This document shows positions 28,861 to 38,290 of a stretch of 64,000 nucleotides of DNA, one piece after another. Below the pieces are notes generated by a model. That model worked only from the letters and a program-made list of their open reading frames with translations, did no database searches and was not told where the DNA came from. Source of the stretch: Candidatus Omnitrophota bacterium (GTDB lineage: Bacteria; Omnitrophota; Omnitrophia; Omnitrophales; Aquincolibacteriaceae); contig JAZDJU010000037.1 of the NCBI GenBank assembly GCA_043803685.1, forward strand, positions 169,518 to 233,517, written 5' to 3'. The position numbers and the translations under genes are program-made. Numbering within the stretch: the stretch's first letter is position 1; every line of letters begins with the position of its first letter.

Positions 28861-28931
28861 ATCCGGCCCTTTCCAAGATCGGATCTGGGGAACGTGTTCC
28901 GGAAGGCTTACTTTAGGAGAAGGGGATGTAA

Positions 28932-29921
28932 CTAAAAAAACCGTCGCGCGAAAGCGTACGAGAGAGCGGCGATAGCGGCCGAGCACGGGATCGTGAGAAC
29001 CCACGCCCAGATAATGTTCCCCGCGACGCCCCACTTCACGGCGCTTAACCGTTTCAGAGAACCGATGCCCATAATGGCGCCGGTGATCGTATGCGTCGTG
29101 CTGACGGGAACGCCAAGCGAAGAGGAAACAAAAAGCGTCACGGCAGCTCCGGATTCCGCGCAAAACCCGTCCATCGGACGGAGTTTTGCGACCTTCTGCC
29201 CCATGGTTTTCACGATACGCCACCCGCCGAACATGGTCCCAAGTCCGATCGCCAGGTAACAAGAAAGTGCGACCCAAAGCGGAATTTCAAATGTCTTCCC
29301 CATCAAACCGGCGCTGAAAAGAAGGCTCGCGATAATGCCCATGGTCTTTTGCGCATCGTTCCCGCCGTGCCCGAGGCTGTAAAGGGCCGCGGAAAGAAGC
29401 TGTCCTTTGCGGAAAAGATGGTCCATCTGGGATGGCGCTTTTTTCCTGAAGATCCAGTAAACCGCGATCCCAAAAGCCAGACCAAGGATCAGCCCGGCGA
29501 CCGGGGAAATGAAGATAAAAACGACGGTTTTCATGATCCCCGCCATGACAAGGGAACTCGGCCCGGCTTTCACAAGGGCCGCGCCGATCAAGCCGCCGAT
29601 CAACGCGTGGGAGGAGCTCGTCGGAAGTCCAAAATACCAGGTAATGATGTTCCAGATACAGGCTCCCATCAGAGTTCCGAAGATCACGTGATTGTCCACG
29701 ATCGCGATGTCGATAATCCCCTTCCCCATGGTCTTCGCGACGTGGTGCCCGAAAAAAAAGAACGCGATCAAATTAAAAAAAGCGGCCCAAAGAACCGCTT
29801 TTTGAGGGGTGAGGACGCGTGTCGAGACGATGGTCGCGATTGAATTCGCGGAATCGTGGAACCCGTTCAGAAAATCAAAGAGAAGAGCCAGGAAGATGAG
29901 TGCGACGATGTAAAAGGTCAT
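28932..29921 (-). CDS. pit: Inorganic phosphate transporter, PiT family
   Basis: NGFHDSANSIAT, PTSSSHALIGG, HGGNDAQK, PVSTTH. Confidence 0.95.
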   Translation of the reverse strand: MTFYIVALIFLALLFDFLNGFHDSANSIATIVSTRVLTPQKAVLWAAFFNLIAFFFFGHHVAKTMGKGIIDIAIVDNHVIFGTLMGACIWNIITWYFGLPTSSSHALIGGLIGAALVKAGPSSLVMAGIMKTVVFIFISPVAGLILGLAFGIAVYWIFRKKAPSQMDHLFRKGQLLSAALYSLGHGGNDAQKTMGIIASLLFSAGLMGKTFEIPLWVALSCYLAIGLGTMFGGWRIVKTMGQKVAKLRPMDGFCAESGAAVTLFVSSSLGVPVSTTHTITGAIMGIGSLKRLSAVKWGVAGNIIWAWVLTIPCSAAIAALSYAFARRFF

Positions 29922-29927
29922 GCGCTC

Positions 29928-30560
29928 TTAGGCCTGCTTAACAAGGATCGACTCGACCACGTGCACGGCATCCTCGCAAACGTCGAGGACCGTTTCCGCG
30001 TCCTGATAGATGTCTTTCCATTTGATCACGGAGACAGGATCCTTGGCGTATTTTTCAAAAAGATCGCTCAGCATATCGTCGCGCATCTTGTCGCCGAGAT
30101 TCTCGAGGCTGTTCACTTCGATACAAGCTTTCAGGATCTCCTTACTCTGCTTCATGTCCCGGAGACCTTTGATAGCTTGCGAAACGCCTTTGACGGACAT
30201 TTCGATCACTCGGGAAAACTCCGCGAGGTTCCTGTCTGGGCTGAGGATCTTGTAAACGCGAAGACGCTTGGTGATGGTGTAGAGCATATCGATGATGTCA
30301 TCAAGCTCCTTGGCCAGGGCGTGGATATCCTCACGGTCGAATGGCGTGATGAAAGTCTTGTTGAGCTGGTCCATGATCTGGTGCGTCACCTGGTCTCCAC
30401 GGTGCTCGATGTCCTTCATGACCGCAACCTCTTCATCCGTCACCTTGAAGTCCGCCACGATCTTCACAAAGTGGGTCGCGGCCTGGACCGCGTAATCCAC
30501 CTGCTTGTCAAAAAGATCGAAGAAATTCCCTTCCTTGGGAAGTAAGAAACCGAAGACCAT
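29928..30560 (-). CDS. DUF47 family Pit accessory protein
   Basis: EHRGD, TFITPFDREDI, LDDIID, LENLGD, DVCEDA; adjacent to pit. Confidence 0.93.
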   Translation of the reverse strand: MVFGFLLPKEGNFFDLFDKQVDYAVQAATHFVKIVADFKVTDEEVAVMKDIEHRGDQVTHQIMDQLNKTFITPFDREDIHALAKELDDIIDMLYTITKRLRVYKILSPDRNLAEFSRVIEMSVKGVSQAIKGLRDMKQSKEILKACIEVNSLENLGDKMRDDMLSDLFEKYAKDPVSVIKWKDIYQDAETVLDVCEDAVHVVESILVKQA

Positions 30561-30747
30561 AGTGCTCTCCTCTGCTCAAATCGCTGATTGTATTCGAAGG
30601 TTTGTTGGTCCGAAAATAAGGGCTATCTTCTGGCCTCAGTTTATCCAAAACACCCGCTTTGTCTATGTAAAATTGGACGAAAAAAGTCTCGCAGGATGTC
30701 CTCCCCATGAAACCTTTCGCTGTGGTAAAATGCCCCGCTGAATTTCT

Positions 30748-31437
30748 ATGACAAACGAATCCATCCTCCTCATTGAAGATGAAAAGAACATTATCGAGCT
30801 TGTAAAATACAATCTCGAGCAGGAAGGCTTTCGTGTCCTCACCGCGACCAAAGGCAGCACTGGCCTTGAGACCGCGCTTAGAGAAAAACCGGCGCTCGTG
30901 GTCCTCGACCTGATGCTCCCGGAGATGAACGGCCTCGAGATCTGCAAAACCCTCAAACAGAACGACAAAGCTCGAACAATCCCGATCATCATGCTGACCG
31001 CTAAAGGAGCCGAATCCGACAAGATCGTAGGGCTTGAACTCGGCGCGGATGATTACATCACCAAACCTTTCAGCCCGCGCGAGCTCGTGGCCCGCATCAA
31101 GGCCGTCCTGAGACGCACTCGCGAAAAACCCGTTCAAGAGATCCTGCGCTCCGGCACCCTCGAACTCGACAGGACAAAACATGAGCTTCGCCTGAAAGGA
31201 AAACCTGTGGAGATCACCGCCAAGGAATTCGAACTTTTGAGCCTCCTTATGGCTTCCAAAGGAAGAGTGCTCACGCGCGAGATCCTTTTGTCCAAGGTCT
31301 GGGGTTACGAAAACTCCGTGAATATCGAAACGCGCACGGTCGACATGCACATTGGACAACTCCGGAAAAAGATCGGAAAAGAGGCGGAACGGATCGTCAC
31401 CGTTAAAAGCGTCGGCTACCGCTTCGACGGAGAATAA
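30748..31437 (+). CDS. phoB: OmpR-family response regulator (PhoB/PhoP)
   Basis: LDLMLP, IIMLTAK, GADDYITKPFSPREL, RTVDMHIGQLRKK; lies in the Pho cluster. Confidence 0.9.
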   Translation: MTNESILLIEDEKNIIELVKYNLEQEGFRVLTATKGSTGLETALREKPALVVLDLMLPEMNGLEICKTLKQNDKARTIPIIMLTAKGAESDKIVGLELGADDYITKPFSPRELVARIKAVLRRTREKPVQEILRSGTLELDRTKHELRLKGKPVEITAKEFELLSLLMASKGRVLTREILLSKVWGYENSVNIETRTVDMHIGQLRKKIGKEAERIVTVKSVGYRFDGE

Positions 31438-31438
31438 T

Positions 31439-33217
31439 ATGGGCCACCTCAAGATCGGCTTCGCCAAACGGCTTCTGGTTCTCTACGGCATCATCTTCAT
31501 CCTTGTCTTGATCATCAACGACTGGACACTCTCTCGTTTTCTCGAGAAGCGCGATCTTGCTGAGCTTCAAAACTCCCTGACCCGCCAAGCGGTTCTCATC
31601 CGTGAGGCGGCATTCCCTCTTTTGGGAAATAGCGAACGCCTTCAGGAACAGATCCGGAAGATCTCCGCAGGAACCGATGTTCGTGTGACGATCATAGACC
31701 TCAACGGAGTGGTGCTCGCCGATTCGAGCGAAAGTCCGGCTGAGCTCTCCCAGATGGAAAATCATGCTCTACGGCCCGAAGTCACGGCGGCTCTCCGAAA
31801 AGAAACAGGCGTGAGCATCCGTTACAGCATGACCTTAAAAACGCGGATGCTTTATGTCGCCATGCCTATCTTGGACCGGGAGCAGGTACGGGGGGTGGTG
31901 CGTGCGGCGATGCCAATCGCGCGCATCGATCAGATCCTCGCCTCGGTCCGCCGCTCCGTCATGTTCACGGCCGTCCCCGGGATCTTGATCATCCTGCTCG
32001 CGGGCATCCTTTTTAGCAATCACCTCACGAAACGTATTCGCCGCATCACCTCAGTCGCCGAACGATACGCCCGCGAAGATTGGTCGGAAAAGATCCTGAT
32101 GGACGGACAGGATGAACTCAAGATGCTCGCGAACACGATGAACCAAATGGCCGCGTCCTTGCGTTCGCGCATCGAGGACCTTGAGACTGAAAAAGGCAAG
32201 GTTGCCGTGATCCTGGATCATATGAACGAGGGCGTGATCGCCGTGGATCGCCAAAAACAGGTCGTGCTCGTGAACCCGACCGCTGAAAAACTCTTCGGGT
32301 GCATGGCCTCCGAAGTTCAGAGAAAAAGTTTGATCGAGATCACACGCCATCCCCAGATCGAAAAGATCGTGGACCTGGCCTTCAGGGAACAAAAGACCGT
32401 CTCTGAGGAACTCCATCTCTCCGGGGAAACCAAAAAGGTCCTTCGCTTGAGCGTCGTGGTCCTGAAGGGACCTGCTCGCGAGATCGACGGCATTCTTGTT
32501 TTTCATGACATGACGGAACTTCGCCGTCTCGAAAATATCCGCAAGGAGTTCGTAGCGAACGTTTCGCACGAACTTCGAACGCCGCTGACCTCGATCAAGG
32601 GATTTATCGAAACCCTGCTCGCGGGCGCCTCCAAAGACCCGGCGACCAGCGAACGGTTCTTGAAGATCGTTGCGGAAGAAACAGACCGGCTCGGACGGCT
32701 CGTGGAAGATATTCTGACGCTCGGCGAGATCGAACAGGGCGCGTCCCTGATCAAGAAAGAGAAGGTCGATCTTTCCGCCGAGCTTCCGGCCATCCTCGAA
32801 CGCTTCAAGTCACGGCTTTCAGAAAAACAAATCTCGGTCGAGAACCACATCACACCCCAACCCCTCTGGCTGTCGGGAGACCGCGACAAGATCCATCAGG
32901 TCTTCATCAACCTCCTCGACAACGCCATCAAATTCAACAAACCTGAGGGCCGGATCGTCCTTTCAGCGGATCAAAACCTCGAAGGGGTCACGATCACGAT
33001 CGAGGATACGGGATCCGGCATTCCTGAGGAAGCTCAGAGACGCATTTTTGAGCGTTTCTTTCGCGTGGATAAGGCCCGCTCGAAAGAATTGGGAGGCACC
33101 GGATTGGGGCTAGCGATTGTGAAGCACATCATGGAAGCGCACGGCGGTCATGCCACCTGCCAAAGCACGCCGGGCCAAGGCTCACGCTTTTCCGTTTTTT
33201 TCCCCGCCCCGCGCTAG
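31439..33217 (+). CDS. phoR: Phosphate regulon sensor histidine kinase
   Basis: Two TM segments, MENHALRPEV, HAMP, PAS, EFVANVSHELRTPLT, FERFFRVDKARS, GGTGLGL. Confidence 0.92.
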   Translation: MGHLKIGFAKRLLVLYGIIFILVLIINDWTLSRFLEKRDLAELQNSLTRQAVLIREAAFPLLGNSERLQEQIRKISAGTDVRVTIIDLNGVVLADSSESPAELSQMENHALRPEVTAALRKETGVSIRYSMTLKTRMLYVAMPILDREQVRGVVRAAMPIARIDQILASVRRSVMFTAVPGILIILLAGILFSNHLTKRIRRITSVAERYAREDWSEKILMDGQDELKMLANTMNQMAASLRSRIEDLETEKGKVAVILDHMNEGVIAVDRQKQVVLVNPTAEKLFGCMASEVQRKSLIEITRHPQIEKIVDLAFREQKTVSEELHLSGETKKVLRLSVVVLKGPAREIDGILVFHDMTELRRLENIRKEFVANVSHELRTPLTSIKGFIETLLAGASKDPATSERFLKIVAEETDRLGRLVEDILTLGEIEQGASLIKKEKVDLSAELPAILERFKSRLSEKQISVENHITPQPLWLSGDRDKIHQVFINLLDNAIKFNKPEGRIVLSADQNLEGVTITIEDTGSGIPEEAQRRIFERFFRVDKARSKELGGTGLGLAIVKHIMEAHGGHATCQSTPGQGSRFSVFFPAPR

Positions 33218-33228
33218 CGCGCAAAACG

Positions 33229-34683
33229 TTAATGGAAATTGAGGACGATGGCCTTGGAGCGCGTCATGGCCTCGATCGAATAACGGATCCCCTGGGTCCC
33301 CAACCCGGAGCTCTTGACCCCGATAAAAGGAAAATGATCGGGACCGCGTTCCGTTTTTCCGTTCACCTGGACCGTGCCGACATCAAGCTGAGCTCCGACC
33401 CTGAACGCGGAATCCAGATCTTCGGTAAAGACAGAGGCCTGAAGCCCATACTCCGATTCGTTCGTGATCCTCACCGCTTCTTCGACGCTCTGAACCCTCT
33501 GGATCGGAAGCACCGGGCCGAAAGGTTCTTCCCAGGCGACGCGCATCGCCCCGGTCACACGATCGAACAAGGTCGGATGGATGATGTTCCCTTCGCGTTT
33601 GTTCCCCGTGAGAAGCTTCGCGCCTTTCTGGATCGCGTCCCGGATCAGCTCCTCGACGAAATCCGCGGCTTCCGTGGAGATCAGTGGCGTGATGTCAGCG
33701 TTGTCTTCCGGCCGTCCCACGGTCATTTTTTTCACAAGCGGCAAAAGTTCCGCGATCAGTTTGTCCGCCACCGGTTCCAGCACCAAAATGCGCTTCACGG
33801 CCGTGCACCGCTGTCCGGAAAAGGAGAAAGCCCCGTCCACGATATGTTTGGCGGCCAGGACAAGGTCCGCGTCCTTCAGAACGATCGCCGCGTCTTTGCC
33901 TCCGAGTTCCATCAAGAGCGGCTTCATGCCCACGATCGACGCTATGTGCTTTCCAACCTTGCTGCTTCCCGTAAAAGCGACCATGTTGACGGCCGGATGA
34001 CTCACCAGATAATCCCCGATCGCGCGGCCCTGGCCTGTGATGACATTCAGCACACCGGCCGGGATCCCGGCTTCGCAAAAAACGCGCGCCAGATAAAGAG
34101 CGCTCACGGCCCCCTGCGTCGGCGGTTTGAAAACCACGGCATTCCCCGCCACAAGCGCCGGGGCGATCTTCGAGGCCGCCAGATTGATGGGATAATTAAA
34201 AGGTGCGACCGCAAGCACGACGCCCACAGGGACGCGGTTCACGATCGAAAGTTTTGTTTCATGGAATCCGGGGAACGCCCCCGACGAAAGGCTTTCGCCG
34301 GTAACACGCTTGCCTTCTTCCGCGGTGAAGTGGATCAGGTCGGCCGTGCGCGTAACTTCGGAAAGACAGGACTTCCGGTTCTTCGCGATCTCGCGCATCA
34401 GGACTTCCGCGATCACATCCTTTTCGCGCAACAAAATGTCCGCTGCCTTGTGAAGGATCGCCGCACGTTCACTCACCGGCACCTTCGCCCAAGCCTTTTG
34501 GGCCGCGGCCGCTGTTTTGAGGAACTCGTCCGCTTCTTCCAACCCCGCCGCAGGCACTTCCCCGACGAAGGAACCATCCGCCGGCGAAAGGATCCTGTCC
34601 CACTTTCCGGAACGCGGCGTCACCCACTGTCCGTTCAGGAGATTTTTGTATTTGTGTCCTTCACTGAAAATGCAGTTAAACAT
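33229..34683 (-). CDS. gapN: NADP-dependent non-phosphorylating glyceraldehyde-3-phosphate dehydrogenase
   Basis: ALDH motifs PFNYP, FKPPTQG, FTGSS, MELGGKD, SGQRCTAVKR, WEEPFGP, ERGPDHFPF, GTQGIRYSIEAMTR, typical of GapN. Confidence 0.9.
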   Translation of the reverse strand: MFNCIFSEGHKYKNLLNGQWVTPRSGKWDRILSPADGSFVGEVPAAGLEEADEFLKTAAAAQKAWAKVPVSERAAILHKAADILLREKDVIAEVLMREIAKNRKSCLSEVTRTADLIHFTAEEGKRVTGESLSSGAFPGFHETKLSIVNRVPVGVVLAVAPFNYPINLAASKIAPALVAGNAVVFKPPTQGAVSALYLARVFCEAGIPAGVLNVITGQGRAIGDYLVSHPAVNMVAFTGSSKVGKHIASIVGMKPLLMELGGKDAAIVLKDADLVLAAKHIVDGAFSFSGQRCTAVKRILVLEPVADKLIAELLPLVKKMTVGRPEDNADITPLISTEAADFVEELIRDAIQKGAKLLTGNKREGNIIHPTLFDRVTGAMRVAWEEPFGPVLPIQRVQSVEEAVRITNESEYGLQASVFTEDLDSAFRVGAQLDVGTVQVNGKTERGPDHFPFIGVKSSGLGTQGIRYSIEAMTRSKAIVLNFH

Positions 34684-36112
34684 CAGGACTTCACCTGGAT
34701 ACGATAGCGAACCACGACTTCCGCGTCCTTTCCCACAGAGACATCAAAACGCAGCGTGTTCGCGTCCACTTTCTTGTAGGTATGAGAACTCGTCAGAACC
34801 TTCCAGTCCGAATAAAGAGGCTCAAGGACCCCCACCACCACGGCTTCCGCCTTGTGATTGCGGATCGTCACTTCCCATTCGGTCTCGTGCATATGGTTCG
34901 AGATGTGCTTGTAATCCATCTGAACGCGCTCGGCCACCACATCAAAAGCCTTGCCGATCTTGAGGCGCACGTTCTCATCCTTGGGGGTGTGCGGGATGTT
35001 ATCCTCCCCGATGAACTGAAGACTGCCATCGGTGTCTTTTTTGTACATCCGGACCGTCCCTTGAGGGAGCGGCATCCCGACACGATTGGCCTGGGAGTTC
35101 TTGAACTCCACAAAGACGTTCACATCCTGTTTTTGTTTCTGCCCCGGCATCGCGTAAAAATAATAATTGGGCGTACCCGAGACCAGGAATTCTTTCTTCG
35201 CTCCCACACCCGAGGCCCCCAGAAGACTGATTGCTTGGTCTGTTTGTCCTTGAGCGTTGTGCGTCTCTGCAGATCATAAATATGATATTCAAAAAAAGCC
35301 TTTTCTTCGAACTGCGGCGCCGCGGCCACGGCATCCATCATCATTTCCGCCCGCATGCCTTTCCGGGCATACAGGGGCTCACTCACGCGGTTCACATCGC
35401 CGGCGACCAGTTTCAAACGGGCGTTCCGATAGACCGTACCGCTTTGGTTATCGATCGTCACCCATCCGGAAAGATCGAGCGACTTGTCGCTCCCGTCAAG
35501 CGTTGCCACATAATCGGCTTTCCAGCTGAGATCCCCGGTCAAATAGGAAACCTCGAGCTCGTGCGCCTTCGCGCTTTTGTTGGTGAAAAGCCAGGTGAGC
35601 GTCGGTTTCGAGATAAGGTTCTCGGGGATCGAGGGAACCACCTTGGTGCCCGGATATCCCAGATAAATTTCTTTACCGATCTGGTAGATCTGTCCTTCGT
35701 TATTGCTCAGGAGCGTCGCTTCGACCTCTTCTTTTTTGCTGAGGGTCTCATCCCACCGGAGGATCTTGAGCTTTTTGCCGACGTATTTATCAAGGAGGCG
35801 GGTTTCACTGATCAGGTCATACTCGTAATTCTGATCGAGCACGGAGAAATCATTCGGGAAGTTAAGCGACCTCGCGCTCACGGTCACGGGATTTATGCTC
35901 GAGGCCACATCCATGAAACGGAGTTCCCCTTCACCGGCCGGAAGTGTCAACTTCCGGGAGTCTTTGACGAGGGCGATATTGCTATTGTAAATGGTAACCT
36001 CGATCCCTTTCTGGTCTTCGATCGTGCTTTGCTGGAGCGACACAGGCGCAGCGCCACAAACGGGCATCAGGCTCATAAGAAATAAAAAAATCCCTGCAAA
36101 GCGAACCTTCAT
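34683..36112 (-). pseudogene. DUF4139 domain secreted protein split by a 1-bp frameshift near 35231
   Basis: Two overlapping ORFs. Adding one A (CAA^ATC AGT CTT CTG) gives continuous KQTKQISLLGASGVGAKKEF. Motifs VTIYNSN.ALV, QNYEYDL, SYLT..LSWKADY, LGMPLP.G-like. Confidence 0.8.
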
Positions 36113-36147
36113 AAAACCTCCTGAATTTTGATGCTTGGAACAGAACA

Positions 36148-36594
36148 TTAAGATCTCTTGCTCCCGGATCGCTTGGAATGAAGGGGGACTCGCTCGTGGA
36201 CTTTTTTCCCGGGAAAACGGCAATGGCCTACGGATGGCTCTCCGATCCGCCAGGAAAAATAGACTCGTTGACCTTCATGTATCCCGGGAAACTCCACATG
36301 CCCTGTCTCGATGTTGCGCAAAAGGCAACCGGTGGCGAATACGGCTTCGACGTCTTTGGCCAGCTCCTCGATCGCCTCCTCCAGCGCGTGGATCCCGCTT
36401 TCGAGGCCGTCCTCTTGTTCCAAAAAACCGTGGGTTCGCTCTGCCGCGCAAACAAGCTCATGCATGAAAAGAAGATCGTGCGTGCGGGCGTAAGCTTCTT
36501 TTTTGGTCCGGAGGACTTTTAAACGCTTTTCGAGCTCGGGCACAAGCCCATCCGCTTCCTGAAGAGTAAAGATCCTTTTTTTCTTCTTAGTCAC
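36148..36594 (-). CDS. DUF2203 family protein
   Basis: IFTLQEADGLVP, GCLLRNIETGHVEFP, VYFSWRIGEP.V.H; GTG start after AAGGAGG. Confidence 0.8.
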   Translation of the reverse strand: MTKKKKRIFTLQEADGLVPELEKRLKVLRTKKEAYARTHDLLFMHELVCAAERTHGFLEQEDGLESGIHALEEAIEELAKDVEAVFATGCLLRNIETGHVEFPGIHEGQRVYFSWRIGEPSVGHCRFPGKKVHERVPLHSKRSGSKRS

Positions 36595-36698
36595 AGACCC
36601 AGCCTCCTTCTCCGTGCCCGATAAGAATACTCCCGGTCGCTCCGCAAAGCAAATTCCAAATCAGGCCCAAGACTTCCGTCTCAGGTCTACTGTCTGTT

Positions 36699-38063
36699 TC
36701 ACGGAGTGAAACTCTCGGGCGCGGCATCGGACCAAAGGGCGGGCACAAGACCGCCGCCCGTTGCCACATTGATCACACTTTCGTCGCTTAAGCGGACAAA
36801 GCCGCCCGTGTATTTTCCGCCGGCCACCAGCAAATTGAAATTGAATTTTTTGTAAATGAAGTCGAGTTTCTGGTTCACGACGTCGGGAACGGTGATCACC
36901 GGGACCGGGACCTGCTCCTGGATCACCCAGTCCTCTTCCTTCAAGGCCTTGTCCACCACCGCGTTCCAGTCGCCGTCCGGCGTCTCGCGACCGATGTGCA
37001 CCCGGCGGGAGCCGTGGCTCGAACCCGAGGGCTTCAGAACGACCGTGTCCTTCTCGTCCTTCAGGAAATCGATCAGAAAAACTTTCCGGTGACCGTAAAA
37101 ATCCTCGGCGTCGGAAAGACAGCGCGTCCACGGAAGGTGCTGGCGTTTCATTTCATTTTCGTTCTCCGTGAAGAAACGGTCGCATTCCGGTGTCGTCAAA
37201 AGTGAAAAGACAGCCTTACTCGAAGCGAGTTTTGAACGCAACGGATTGGCCATGCACACGGCCTTGTCTTTGTACGCGCGCAAGAGGTCCTGAACCTCGT
37301 CTAGCCGCTGCAGGAGTTCGTCAAAGGTCGCGCGCCGGTAGATCAGGTGCACGCGGAAGCCCTTGTGATAAAGCTTTCCGCCTTTGTACTGAAGCTCCCG
37401 GGGATCCGCGATCGTCGTTTTGTAGCCTTTGGCTTCGAAGTGGCTTTTCATGTGCTCGCACTCCGGAGCCGTTCTCGCGTGCCGCCAATCCACGATCGCG
37501 ATCTGCGGGGTTTCGTAGCCGCCGAATTCCTCGTAAACCGAAAGCAGGGTGGAAAGAACGCCTTGAATGCGTTCGCTCGCGACCAAGTGATGTTCCTCGG
37601 CGAAAGACCGGACCAGCTCTTCGGAGAGGAGCGCGAACTCGAGATGGTCGGCGTAGGCAGCGCCTACCGGAGCATCGCAATTGAACTCCAGAAGTTTCAG
37701 GCTCTCACCTTCCAGAAGCGCGTCAAAGCGGCTGAAGACAACGTGCTGCGAGTAGCCTGGATCGATCTTCACAAGCTCCTCAGCCTCGGGCGAAAGATGA
37801 AAGCGGGATCTCATCTGTGCCTCTTCAAAATAAAGACGCGCCGTTTTGTTAAGGATCTGGGAAAAAGCGGAGGCGGCGCGCTTGAGAAGGTGTTGCTGCT
37901 TGGGCGTGACGAAGAAAGCTTTGTAAAAAGCCGGGACGGTGAATCGTCCGTAGGCGAATTCCGGACTGTTGAGCTTTTCTTTGAACCGGTTCAGGGCGGG
38001 AATCGCGCGGGCTTCGTGGGCCTTCAGGTATTGATCGTACGCGTAATCAAGATTCGCGGTCAT
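36699..38063 (-). CDS. Circularly permuted ATP-grasp (glutathionylspermidine-synthase-like) peptide ligase
   Basis: SRFD..LKLLEFNCDAP.G, IADPREL.Y, LIYRR, MANP, LPWTR, VLKP, WVIQE, INVATGGG. Confidence 0.85.
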   Translation of the reverse strand: MTANLDYAYDQYLKAHEARAIPALNRFKEKLNSPEFAYGRFTVPAFYKAFFVTPKQQHLLKRAASAFSQILNKTARLYFEEAQMRSRFHLSPEAEELVKIDPGYSQHVVFSRFDALLEGESLKLLEFNCDAPVGAAYADHLEFALLSEELVRSFAEEHHLVASERIQGVLSTLLSVYEEFGGYETPQIAIVDWRHARTAPECEHMKSHFEAKGYKTTIADPRELQYKGGKLYHKGFRVHLIYRRATFDELLQRLDEVQDLLRAYKDKAVCMANPLRSKLASSKAVFSLLTTPECDRFFTENENEMKRQHLPWTRCLSDAEDFYGHRKVFLIDFLKDEKDTVVLKPSGSSHGSRRVHIGRETPDGDWNAVVDKALKEEDWVIQEQVPVPVITVPDVVNQKLDFIYKKFNFNLLVAGGKYTGGFVRLSDESVINVATGGGLVPALWSDAAPESFTP

Positions 38064-38124
38064 GACACTCTTTCAAAAATATACGGGTTGTCGGTGACGA
38101 CAAAACGTGGCCATTCTGTTCTTT

Positions 38125-38269
38125 GTCATTCCCGCATGCTTGAAGCGGGAATCCAGTCCTGGATCCCCGCACTGAACGACCTATAAAGCATCATAAGAAG
38201 TTCAGTGCTGCACTCGCTTTCATTAAAGCTTTATTGAAAGCCAGCGCGATCAATACATTCGGGGATGAC
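38125..38269. repeat. GTCATTCCCGC...GCGGGAATCCAG-type palindromic repeat interrupted by a two-module hairpin array (38169-38247)
   Basis: gtcattcccgc atgcttgaa gcgggaatccag tcc tggatcccc [79 bp] gatcaatacattcggggatgac. Removing the insert restores the ccccga..tcgggg stem. Confidence 0.85.
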
Positions 38270-38290
38270 GCAACAAACTGCTGCGTTGCG

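Noticed and set aside
36595..36698. 6S or SRP-like ncRNA between the ATP-grasp and DUF2203 genes
   Set aside because: Too short and lacks the SRP motif. It is explained by a GGAA hairpin, a TTGCTT-17-TATTCT promoter and an RBS on the minus strand.
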